64,000 nt of DNA from Armatimonadota bacterium (GTDB lineage: Bacteria > Armatimonadota > UBA5829 > DSUL01). Location of the stretch: contig JBDHZC010000001.1 in assembly GCA_039811685.1 (NCBI GenBank), forward strand, positions 288,001 to 352,000, written 5' to 3'. Shown piece by piece: positions 15,938 to 25,141 of the stretch (positions within the stretch are counted from its first letter, which is position 1; every line of letters starts with the position of its first letter). The notes beneath the pieces are model-generated. The model had not been told where the DNA came from. It did no database searches and was given only the letters and a program-made list of their open reading frames with translations. The translations under genes and the position numbers were made by a program.

Positions 15938-18900
15938 CTAGTACCGCCCTACAATCTCCAGCTTTCCGTCGGTCTGCGGGTCCAGATGGATGATTTCGGA
16001 TGCTGGATTGAAGCGCGTCCAGTCGCGTCCGTTGACAGTGACTGACTGAAGGGGCCTGGCGTCTGGGTGGCGCAGGCGCAGCTCAAGGGATGCGGGTGGA
16101 TTGCGTCGGGGAGGCTCTACTACGGCGCGAATCTCTCTGGCTTTATCGCTGGACTCTATCCGGAAGCTCAGCGGTCCGAAGTAGCTGGCCATGTCATCTG
16201 CACTGAAGCCCTGACCCTCCGCCAGCCAGGCGCGCGGGGTCGCTGGCGCTATGCGCAGAGTGTCATAGCCGATTTCGCTCAGCAGGATGTGGCGCAGCCA
16301 GTTCACCCAGCAGCACTCATCCGGCGTCTTGTAGAACGGTCCCACACCCAGCCCGAACGCTTCCACCGGATGCTCCGCAAAGCAGTTGACATCGCGGTAG
16401 ATGTTCTGGGCGAACCCGTTGAAGAGCGCACGGATGGCGTGCTCGGGCTCATCACGCTTCACATAGACCATCACCATAGGCACCAGGCCACTCTGGATGG
16501 TATTGCCACCCTGGCTGAACCAGTCCCGCAGAATATCCACTCGACGGCCACGCAGCGGGCTGATGTAAACGTTGTCCTCCGTGTCTTTCAGAATCCAGGT
16601 TGACTGGTCTTCGCACGGCTCGAGCACGCCGCATTCGATGGAGTGAACCGGACCGTAAAGTGAGTCCCGAATCCAACCCAGGTCCCGGCTGAAAAGCCCG
16701 GATCGGGTAGGGGTGAAGGGCACGAAGTTTCCATCCAGCAACTCTGTCGCCGGGGAAAGCTGCATGTTGATCCGCATCGAGCGGCGGAGGTCCTCTCGGT
16801 AGGCGTCCGCCTCTGCGCGAATACGCTTTGCGTCCGAGTGCCCCAGCTCTTCCAGCACCCGCGCCGCCGCGTCCATACCCCTGTAGCAGTAAGCGTTCAC
16901 CGCGTACCAATAGAGCCACTCCGGGTTGTCCTCCAGATGGCCGGGTGGTATCAGACCGTATTCCGCGGCTTTGCCATCAGGGTAGTCGCCGGGTTTCATT
17001 GTGTAGCGGCGCTCCAGGGTCACGAAGTCGCAGGCGAGAATCATATTCCGCGCAATCGAGCGTGCCCAGTCCGCATCCCGTGTCAGGAAGTAGTGTTCCG
17101 CCAGCGAAAACAGCACAAAGCCGTGATCCAGGTTGTAGTTGAAAGTCTGGTAGTCTGTCTCTTCATCCAGCTTCAGCCCGTGCAGGACACCTTCCTGAGT
17201 CTTGAACTTCCCGTGCATCGGACGGGTGCTCTGGAGAGCGAGAAAAGGCTCCAGATACTTGCGGGCGCGGTGATGGTGTCCGCGAAGGTCCAGCGCGCGC
17301 ACCTGGTGCATCGCCTCATTGGCGCACACCATGTAGCCGAAGGTCGCCGCCGCCAGGAGATCAAAACCGGTCTTGATGTCCCGGTCAGCGGTGATCGCGA
17401 CATGCGGCAGTGTCGCCCGGACGAAGTCCGTGATCTGCTTTTCCGGAACAGTTATGGACGCGCCAGAGTCTATCAGCGACTGCCAGTAGCTTTGCGTATC
17501 TTGCAGTTTCGCGGCGAAGTCCGCATTCCTGACCTCCTCGCGCCCTTCGTCACCCAGGAACGTGATGAACGGAATCTTCAGGACAATCTCGTGCTCCTCG
17601 CAACTGTCCAGATCCAAAGTATAGAGAACAGCGTTGGGAAACGATGTGACGTTCAACGGGTCGTAGCCACAGGCGCAGGCCTTCAGCTCCCCACGTCCGC
17701 CCGTCTCAAATAGGGCGCGCATCCGGCGCTCAGAATAGGGCTTTTCGGTCCAGAAGTGCTCGGCGGCCCCGGAAGCCACGCGAATAGTATCCCGTGTAAT
17801 ACGCGCATTGGCGTACACAAATCCGTCTTCAACACTCAGGGACTCAGGCTGTTCGATGACCATCCAGAAGTGAGCTTTAGCAGGAAGCCTGACGGTGTTG
17901 CGAATACGAATGCGTGAGAACAGACAGACCGTTTCATTGCCACGCTTCTCCCACGGGTTCTCAAGGCTGTCGTAAAGCAGCGCGGCAAAGTCCTGCTTTT
18001 CAAAGGCGATTCCACGATCCGTCCAGGCGCTGGTGTAGATAGGTAGGTAGCCGTTTAGGGCGCTTTGACGGGTGCCGTTTTCGCGCTGCCTAAAGTCTGG
18101 CGGGTCCATGGTCGGGAAGCGGTAGTGGATGGATTTTCCTGGATGCAGCTGCCGGGCCGTGTCCCCGGACATAGACTTGATCTCTCGCCGGTCAATGAAG
18201 ATCGTACCGTCATAGCGCAGCGCAAACTCCTGGCGATTCGCATCCACTCCGAGGGGGACGTAGCGCTTCTGAATGGTCTTGACAAGGTGCGGAATCTCTG
18301 CTGACGCGCGCTCAAGCGATTGCTCAGGCTCAGTCTTGACGCGCTCAAACACGGGATCAGCCAGCTTGCGGCGCTCGGGAGGAGCTATCCGGCAGGTTAC
18401 TCTCAGGCCGATATCGGTCACGTCAACCGGTCCTTTGAAAGTGTCTTCAATACTGACGCTGCCGATGATTTCTTCGCCCCGGTAAACGTGCAGCACGGTC
18501 ATGTCAGGCGCTACCGGAAGCAGCTTCAGATCAATCTGAGAGGATGTATCCGCCCAGAGGACGTTTGCCTCGATGCTGCCGCCTGAGTCCCGCTGTGAAC
18601 GAATCTCTCCGTTGGTAATAGACAGTCGAAGTTGACTGCTCTCTGTTTCTTTGACCTGGACTACGAGATCAGCTTCGCGCCAGGCGGAGGTGGACAGGGC
18701 TCTCCAATCTCGCACGGCGGGACCCTGGTTTTGTCCATACAGCAGGCGAAACCGGTAGGTCTGGCGGTAGAAAACGGCAAAGTCGTTGGCTTTGTCCATC
18801 TCGGTGAAGTCGAGCGGGTGGAAGCGCCAGGACAGCCGGTTACCGTCTTTCTCAATATCGCCGTGTAGATTGACCCAACTTCCGTTGTAGGGGTCATCAA

Positions 18901-19219
18901 TAGCTGTCCAGCCGCCGATGAACTCAGCCGGCCAGTTGTGGTTCCAATACTGCAGCTTGAGGCTGTCCGGATCGGGCGCAGAGCCATCAAAGATGACTTC
19001 AAAGGAGCTGACCTGTCGTGGCTTCTCCCACTCCAGTCCTATGTGCCAGCCGCCCTGAGCTTCATCGAAAACAGGCCGCCAGAGACCGTTTTCCTGCGCT
19101 ATCTCAACGGCTTCAATCTCTTCAGGATTACCGCCAGTCCAACCCCTGACTCTCCCAAAAGCTGCGAGGTCCACCGCCTCGCCCACACGCCGCTCTTTGT
19201 CAAACCCATCTATCGCCAT
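15938..19219 (-). CDS. Large hypothetical protein, probable (alpha/alpha)6-barrel glycoside hydrolase-like
   Basis: 1093-aa ORF. The helical region has LAEHYFLTRDADW and YAVNAYCYRGM, and the C-terminal LRIAPATPRAWL..SYFGPLSF beta-sandwich is typical of six-hairpin glycosidases. Confidence 0.55.
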   Translation of the reverse strand: MAIDGFDKERRVGEAVDLAAFGRVRGWTGGNPEEIEAVEIAQENGLWRPVFDEAQGGWHIGLEWEKPRQVSSFEVIFDGSAPDPDSLKLQYWNHNWPAEFIGGWTAIDDPYNGSWVNLHGDIEKDGNRLSWRFHPLDFTEMDKANDFAVFYRQTYRFRLLYGQNQGPAVRDWRALSTSAWREADLVVQVKETESSQLRLSITNGEIRSQRDSGGSIEANVLWADTSSQIDLKLLPVAPDMTVLHVYRGEEIIGSVSIEDTFKGPVDVTDIGLRVTCRIAPPERRKLADPVFERVKTEPEQSLERASAEIPHLVKTIQKRYVPLGVDANRQEFALRYDGTIFIDRREIKSMSGDTARQLHPGKSIHYRFPTMDPPDFRQRENGTRQSALNGYLPIYTSAWTDRGIAFEKQDFAALLYDSLENPWEKRGNETVCLFSRIRIRNTVRLPAKAHFWMVIEQPESLSVEDGFVYANARITRDTIRVASGAAEHFWTEKPYSERRMRALFETGGRGELKACACGYDPLNVTSFPNAVLYTLDLDSCEEHEIVLKIPFITFLGDEGREEVRNADFAAKLQDTQSYWQSLIDSGASITVPEKQITDFVRATLPHVAITADRDIKTGFDLLAAATFGYMVCANEAMHQVRALDLRGHHHRARKYLEPFLALQSTRPMHGKFKTQEGVLHGLKLDEETDYQTFNYNLDHGFVLFSLAEHYFLTRDADWARSIARNMILACDFVTLERRYTMKPGDYPDGKAAEYGLIPPGHLEDNPEWLYWYAVNAYCYRGMDAAARVLEELGHSDAKRIRAEADAYREDLRRSMRINMQLSPATELLDGNFVPFTPTRSGLFSRDLGWIRDSLYGPVHSIECGVLEPCEDQSTWILKDTEDNVYISPLRGRRVDILRDWFSQGGNTIQSGLVPMVMVYVKRDEPEHAIRALFNGFAQNIYRDVNCFAEHPVEAFGLGVGPFYKTPDECCWVNWLRHILLSEIGYDTLRIAPATPRAWLAEGQGFSADDMASYFGPLSFRIESSDKAREIRAVVEPPRRNPPASLELRLRHPDARPLQSVTVNGRDWTRFNPASEIIHLDPQTDGKLEIVGRY

Positions 19220-19363
19220 CAGACTCTCTCCTGTCGCTGGATTCCCAAACGGCTGAGTTCCACTCAGACAGCGCCAGTTCCTCCACAGGAAGGGAGGCGT
19301 GCAGGAGTTTACAGGCCTCCAGCCAAACTTTAGGTGGACACAGAGGCTTTTGGAGGAGCGCTT

Positions 19364-22300
19364 ATGCCAGAAGAAAGAGATTGCCGCACGCCAGGATGTT
19401 GCTCTGGAGGATACACGCGCAGGGACTTCATTCGTCTCGCGGTTTCGGCGGGCGCTGGTTTTTCACTTTTCGGACTTCCAGGCTTCGCGGTTGCGTCACC
19501 AGACCACAAACTCAGCGAACAGGAATTGGAACGGTGGCTGGAGGCGGTTATGGGGCCGGCCAATCCACTCACTTATTCGCCCCGCAACAATCCTTTAGCG
19601 GCTGTACCTTTCGGTGGTATTGGCTGCGGCAATGTCTACGTGGGTGTTGACGGCGCGCTCAAGGACTGGCTGATCTTCAACAATGTTCAGCCAGTCCAGA
19701 TACCCAACACGTTCTTCGCAATCCGGTGCGCTGGTCCATCCGGTAGAAACGTCACTCGTGCTCTCCAAACACAGCAAATACAAGGCGTTGAAAAGTTGCT
19801 GCTGGTTGAAGACATCAAACTGACTGGTGAGTATCCACAGGCGCTGCTTGAGTATCTGGACGCAGATCTTCCTGTTTCTGTCAAGCTGAAGGCTGCAACG
19901 CCGTTTGTACCGTTGAACTCGCGTGGCAGCGCGATTTCGGGCGTACGTTTTGACTTCACCGTCAGGAATTCCAGTCCAGATACGCAGAAAGTGAGCATGC
20001 TCTTTGCTGCTCAGAACAGCGCTGGGCTTGGCAGCTTTGGTGGAAACGTCAATACAGTTCGATCTGAAGGCTCTCTGACCTCCATCGTCATGGCTATTCG
20101 GCCGGGAATTGAGCCAAGCATTGATGAGCCAACTCGAATTCTGTCAACGGCGCGGAATTTTACGCCCACGACCGAGGAGATGCCTGAAGAGCTCACGGTC
20201 ACTGCGGCCACGCCGGGACTTCTGAAGGCTCCTTTCAAGAAGGAAGGCTCTTCAGCACGCACAATCTACTGGCTCGAAGAGCCGTCTCTGTACGAAGCAG
20301 GAGCGCTAAGGCACATTGAAGCGGCTGCTTCATCGGGCGCGCACATCGTGTTTTCCGGGGCAGTATCTTTGTTGAACGCTGCGGCAGGCGCCTCTGAGTT
20401 GTCTGTCGAGCGTCCGGACATAGTCATTGACGATTTCGAGGACGGCGCCTTCCACAAATGGCAGGTCACGGGAGATGCGTTTGCCGCGGGACCGCAGACC
20501 GGGACTCTACCATTTCAACAGCCTGTAAGCGGTTATGAGGGCAAGTATTTCGTAAACAGCTTCAACAACGGAGATGGTACGACAGGCCGAATGATAAGCC
20601 GGCCCTTTGAGATTCAACGCCGGGCAATCAGCTTTCTGATAGGTGGCGGAGCATATCCAGGGCAAACGTGCCTGAACCTGGTAGTCCACGACCGCATTGT
20701 ACGCACTCAAACCGGAAAAAATTCGGAGTCTCTCGAAAGAGTGTCTTGGGATGTCTCGGGACTTCAGGGACAGAAGGCTCACCTCGAGATTGTGGACCAG
20801 CACAGTGGATCCTGGGGCCATGTGAATGTGGACGATATTCGTCAGACGGATGAGTCAACGGCCAAGCTGACCAAAGAAGCGGCCTCACTGCTTGGCCAAC
20901 TCCTGCCTGTAGGTCTGGCAGTCCTTTCGGAGCAGACTGGTCCCGTGTCTGCAGATGTGAAACTTGATGGCGTTACGGCATCTCTTACATTGCCCCAGGT
21001 CTACGGATCACCCGATATGACGCTCTCTAACGGCGCTCAGGTGATTGCTCGTTCGGAAGACGGCTCTCCGCTGATAGTTTCTCACAGATATAAGAATGGC
21101 TCCGCTACGCTCGTCCTTGGCCCATTGTGGATGCAAAATGATCAAACTTCTGAGACGCGCCAACAGGCGCTCAGCTTTCTGGTGGCGGTGGCGGAAGGTC
21201 ATTACACACCTGGAAAGGGCATTCAGAAGCGCGATCCGGCCTATGGCGAGATGAGCATTTCAACAGATGCTCCATCTTCCACGGCCCTGCCATTCTTCCA
21301 AAGCGCTGATCAGTTGTTAGCGCTGTTCAGTGCGCGAGGCTCTTTGCCAAGCGGTCGCGATGGAGAGGAGACGACCCCATCTGCGCCATCAGAAACTGCC
21401 AACGCTGCGCTTTCAGTCTCATCGGAGATTCCGCCTGGACAAGAGAATACCTTCAGCTTCTACCTGACCTGGCGCTTTCCAAACTACTGGTTTCAGAACA
21501 GATGGATTGGCAATCGCTACGCCAGATTCTGGAGTGATTCCTTTCAAGTCGCTCGTACTCTTGCGAATGATGCAGCCCTTGCCCGGCAGACCGAGAGTTA
21601 TCTGAAGTCAATGTACCAAACCAGTCTTCCCTACTGGCTGATAGACTGTCTATCCAGTCAGTCGAGCACCATCAGAAGTGAGGTCTGCGTCTGGACGGAT
21701 CAGGACGCTTTTGCCGGGTATGAAGGCTCGGGCGGGTGCTGCCCGATGAACTGTACTCACGTCTGGGGCTATGAGCAGACGCTCGCGCGCCTCTTCCCGG
21801 ATCTCGAGCGCCGAATGCGGAATGCCGATTTCAAGCATCAGCAGAATGCCGACGGTGGCATTAACAATCGCATCAGCCTGCCCGTGGTAGACCATCCGAC
21901 AGGTGAGCGGCCGTTTGTTGACGGGCACGCCAGCAGCATTCTGAAAGCTTACCGCGAGCATCTGAACTCACCCGACGCCAGTTTTCTGAACCAGTACTGG
22001 CCGAATATCCGCAAAGCCGTTGATTATCTGGTTCATCTCGACGGAGACAGCCCGGATGGAATCATCGAAGGCGAGCAGTGGAACACTTACGACTGCCAGG
22101 TCAGCGGTCCGAATAGCTTCATTGGGAGCTACTATCTGGCTGCGCTCAGGGCAGGCGAAGAGATGGCCAAAGAGATGGGAGACCACCAGGCCGCCGGGCG
22201 ATGGCGGTCGATATTCGAGTCCGGCCAGAAGCGGCTTGTAGAGCTTTGCTGGAACGGAGAATACTTCGTCCAGAAGCTTCAGAACTATCAGGATTTTCCG

Positions 22301-23101
22301 ACACAGTACGGTCCAGGTTGCCTTTCGGATCAGCTTATCGGGCAGTGGTGGGCGCATCAGCTTGGGCTTGGATACGTGCTGCCGCAGAAGCTGGTAAGAA
22401 CGGCGCTGCGCAGTATCTACAAGTACAACTGGCGGTCGGATTTCAGTGACTTCAAGCACGCGCAGCGCGTATTTGCTGATGGTCACGACAAGGGCTTGCT
22501 GAACTGCTCATGGCCGCATGGCGGACGTCCGGAAAGGCCCATCCTCTACTGTGATGAAGTCTGGACGGGTGTGGAGTACCAGGTGGCTGCGCACATGATC
22601 TACGAGGGTATGTTGCAGGAAGGAATGGCCATTGTAGCTGGAGCGCGGGAGCGCTACGACGGCGCAAGGCGCAACCCGTGGAACGAAATCGAATGTGGTG
22701 GACACTATGCCCGCGCCATGTCCAACTGGTCTATCCTGCTTGCGCTCTCAGGATTTCACTATCGTGGACCGCAGGCACAGTTGGAGTTTGCCCCGAAGAT
22801 GCACGCCGAGGCTTTCAAATCCTTTTTCTCTGTGAGCCAGGGGTGGGGCAGTTTTGCTCAGCGCAGGCAGGGCGACCTCCAGACGAGCAATGTGCACCTG
22901 GCGCACGGGGAGCTGCGGTTGAAAACGCTATTGGTGACAATCCCGGAAGGGGCGAGGCTCCTTTCGGGCGAGGCCACTGTAAGCGGGCGCAAGGTTGGGA
23001 AAATCTTTACTAGAGGACCAAAGGCGGTTGTTACGTTCAGTCCAGAGATTACTCTGACGGCCGGACAGACTCTTTCGCTCAGACTGCGACTGTCACGCTA
23101 A
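19364..23101 (+). CDS. Tat-exported GH116-family glycoside hydrolase with inserted domains
   Basis: TRRDFIRL Tat motif, VPFGGIGCG, CCPMNCTHVWGY, GCLSDQLIGQW, DEVWTGVEY and NPWNEIECGGHYARAMS. GGAGGA RBS precedes ATG 19364. Confidence 0.85.
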   Translation: MPEERDCRTPGCCSGGYTRRDFIRLAVSAGAGFSLFGLPGFAVASPDHKLSEQELERWLEAVMGPANPLTYSPRNNPLAAVPFGGIGCGNVYVGVDGALKDWLIFNNVQPVQIPNTFFAIRCAGPSGRNVTRALQTQQIQGVEKLLLVEDIKLTGEYPQALLEYLDADLPVSVKLKAATPFVPLNSRGSAISGVRFDFTVRNSSPDTQKVSMLFAAQNSAGLGSFGGNVNTVRSEGSLTSIVMAIRPGIEPSIDEPTRILSTARNFTPTTEEMPEELTVTAATPGLLKAPFKKEGSSARTIYWLEEPSLYEAGALRHIEAAASSGAHIVFSGAVSLLNAAAGASELSVERPDIVIDDFEDGAFHKWQVTGDAFAAGPQTGTLPFQQPVSGYEGKYFVNSFNNGDGTTGRMISRPFEIQRRAISFLIGGGAYPGQTCLNLVVHDRIVRTQTGKNSESLERVSWDVSGLQGQKAHLEIVDQHSGSWGHVNVDDIRQTDESTAKLTKEAASLLGQLLPVGLAVLSEQTGPVSADVKLDGVTASLTLPQVYGSPDMTLSNGAQVIARSEDGSPLIVSHRYKNGSATLVLGPLWMQNDQTSETRQQALSFLVAVAEGHYTPGKGIQKRDPAYGEMSISTDAPSSTALPFFQSADQLLALFSARGSLPSGRDGEETTPSAPSETANAALSVSSEIPPGQENTFSFYLTWRFPNYWFQNRWIGNRYARFWSDSFQVARTLANDAALARQTESYLKSMYQTSLPYWLIDCLSSQSSTIRSEVCVWTDQDAFAGYEGSGGCCPMNCTHVWGYEQTLARLFPDLERRMRNADFKHQQNADGGINNRISLPVVDHPTGERPFVDGHASSILKAYREHLNSPDASFLNQYWPNIRKAVDYLVHLDGDSPDGIIEGEQWNTYDCQVSGPNSFIGSYYLAALRAGEEMAKEMGDHQAAGRWRSIFESGQKRLVELCWNGEYFVQKLQNYQDFPTQYGPGCLSDQLIGQWWAHQLGLGYVLPQKLVRTALRSIYKYNWRSDFSDFKHAQRVFADGHDKGLLNCSWPHGGRPERPILYCDEVWTGVEYQVAAHMIYEGMLQEGMAIVAGARERYDGARRNPWNEIECGGHYARAMSNWSILLALSGFHYRGPQAQLEFAPKMHAEAFKSFFSVSQGWGSFAQRRQGDLQTSNVHLAHGELRLKTLLVTIPEGARLLSGEATVSGRKVGKIFTRGPKAVVTFSPEITLTAGQTLSLRLRLSR

Positions 23102-23142
23102 CCAGGTGAGCCTCAAATCGCTTCGAGAAGCAACTTTCTATC

Positions 23143-23166
23143 CCTCCAGGTTTCCGAACCTGGAGG
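23143..23166. terminator. Hairpin between convergent GH116 and usp
   Basis: 10-bp stem CCTCCAGGTT / AACCTGGAGG. Confidence 0.5.
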
Positions 23167-23232
23167 CATGAACAAATTGCCGTTCTAGCAGCCATCGGAC
23201 CGGACACTTTCGGTCTGGCTTTGCGTGTCGCG

Positions 23233-23649
23233 CTAATCAGATACGGGTCGAGGCGCTTTGACGAGCAACAGCGGAATGTGAGTGAGCCGTTTGACATCCT
23301 CGGCGACGCTACCCATCACCCAGCGCATGAGTGACGAGTGCCCGTGCGTCCCGATTACAATGAGATCGCAATTCAACTTCTCCGCATCCTCAGCGATGGC
23401 GTGCCCAGGCTCACCCTGGCCGATGGCAGTTTCGCAGTCCAGACCCTCTTGCGCCATTCGCGCCCTAATCTTCGCGAGATAGGCTTCCGCTTCCTCCATC
23501 TCGTGAGCTTTGGAGTCGCGCGTGTGGTAATGGGCTACGCGATACAGGATGAGGGTGCTGCCCAACTCGCGAGCGAGCCTGCTGATGTGTTCCAGCGTAG
23601 CATCATCCACTCTGCTGTGATCCAGGGCCACCAGAATTCGCTTATACAA
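23233..23649 (-). CDS. Universal stress protein (Usp family)
   Basis: YKRILVALDHS ... DLIVIGTHGHS..MGSVAEDV..IPLLLV. Confidence 0.9.
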   Translation of the reverse strand: MYKRILVALDHSRVDDATLEHISRLARELGSTLILYRVAHYHTRDSKAHEMEEAEAYLAKIRARMAQEGLDCETAIGQGEPGHAIAEDAEKLNCDLIVIGTHGHSSLMRWVMGSVAEDVKRLTHIPLLLVKAPRPVSD

Positions 23650-23670
23650 GGCAATCTCCCGTATCGCTGC

Positions 23671-25026
23671 TCAAAACAGATCTCCAAGAGCGTGGTACAG
23701 CAGCATAACATTCAGACCAATAATCAGAGCCGAGACCGCGATAGCAAGCGCGAACTCAGTCCCGCGACTTCGAAAAGCACCCATCACCTTCTCGCTGCGC
23801 GCCAGCACAACCAGAGGAATAATGGTCAGTGGAAGCTGAATGGACAGGGCCAACTGGCTGTAGATCAGTGCTTTGTAGCTGTCTACGCCCATTGCGATGA
23901 CAATGATGCACGGCACGCTTGTCACGACCAGTCCTATCCGGTAGAACACACTGTGCGGGTCTTCCGGCTTTCCAGCAAAGCCTGCCAGCACATTCGCCTC
24001 AGCAAGAGAGGACGTAATTGAGCTGCCGATCCCGGCAAACAGCAGTGCTACGCCGAACAGAAATTGGGCGAGAGCGCCTCCGATGTCAGCGCCCGTTATG
24101 CGGGCGGCCAAAGGCCGGAGAGTGGCCGAGGCCTGTTCTATTGAACTGACCAGCGTACTGTGCCTGTAAAAGACAGCTGCAGCCACCACTATCATTGAGC
24201 AGTTAACCAGCCATCCGAGCGCCATTGCCAGCGACGTATCCCAGAGCTCAAAGCGTACCAGACGTTTCCGTTCCGCATCAGACACGCCCCAGTCCCGGCT
24301 CTGGATGACGTTGGAGTGGAGATAGATATTGTGTGGCATCACCACGGCCCCAAGCATGGCCATGGCAATGACAATGTTGCTGGCGGTCAAAGTCGGAACA
24401 ACCAGACCCGGAGCGACAGCCTTCCAGTTCGGTTGGACTAGAAACAGCTCTACGACATAGCACGCGGCGATAATCGCCAGAAAGCCCAGGATCATGCGCT
24501 CCAGGCGGTGATAGCGCTGTCCTAAAATAGCGACAAAGACAATCAGAACAGTCAACGGGGCGCCGATCACAGGCGGAATGCCAAACAGAAGCTGAAATCC
24601 CAGAGCGGCGCCCAGATATTCGGCCATGTCTGTGGCTACGCAAGCGATAACAATGGAAACGCCCAGGATCGCAGAAAGCCATTTCGGTGACCGGCTGTAA
24701 ATATTGACTGCCAGAGATTTGCCAGTGACAATACCCAGCCGTGCGACCATATGCTGCATCAGAACGAGCATCAGGGTCGAGAGTGTGATCACCCAGAGCA
24801 GTTCGTAGCCAAACTCAGACCCCCCGGCGATGTTAGTCGCCCAGTTGCCCGGGTCGATAAAGCCCACAGTGACTATGAAGCCTGGACCCAGGTAGCGCAG
24901 CAATGCGCGCAAAAAGCTGAGCAGGTCTTCCGGTTCGTGCTCTGGCAGTACCTGAGGCTCTTCAGCAAAGAGTTCGGGCGTGTCCGGATTGTGTTTGTCG
25001 GGGAAGTCCACGGAGTTAGTCTTCAC
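23671..25026 (-). CDS. mntH: Nramp family divalent metal (Mn2+) transporter
   Basis: GPGFIVTVGFIDPGNWATN and GAVVMPHNIYLHS signatures, about 11 TM helices. The start codon is uncertain. Confidence 0.92.
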   Translation of the reverse strand: MKTNSVDFPDKHNPDTPELFAEEPQVLPEHEPEDLLSFLRALLRYLGPGFIVTVGFIDPGNWATNIAGGSEFGYELLWVITLSTLMLVLMQHMVARLGIVTGKSLAVNIYSRSPKWLSAILGVSIVIACVATDMAEYLGAALGFQLLFGIPPVIGAPLTVLIVFVAILGQRYHRLERMILGFLAIIAACYVVELFLVQPNWKAVAPGLVVPTLTASNIVIAMAMLGAVVMPHNIYLHSNVIQSRDWGVSDAERKRLVRFELWDTSLAMALGWLVNCSMIVVAAAVFYRHSTLVSSIEQASATLRPLAARITGADIGGALAQFLFGVALLFAGIGSSITSSLAEANVLAGFAGKPEDPHSVFYRIGLVVTSVPCIIVIAMGVDSYKALIYSQLALSIQLPLTIIPLVVLARSEKVMGAFRSRGTEFALAIAVSALIIGLNVMLLYHALGDLF

Positions 25027-25141
25027 TACGGCACGCTGGCCAGATTTTCCTCTAGCCGGAGTTTATGAAGTGGGAGGTTTGTCCGGGCTGACAGGAAACT
25101 GCGATGCACCGCTCGAAGACTAAAGATAGGGGATCCTCAAT

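Noticed and set aside
25026..25053. Tenth SigH-like motif (AGAGGA-N18-GTAG, minus strand) for mntH
   Set aside because: It overlaps the annotated GTG start and has a weak -10 element. It would only be valid if mntH starts further downstream, so it was not counted.
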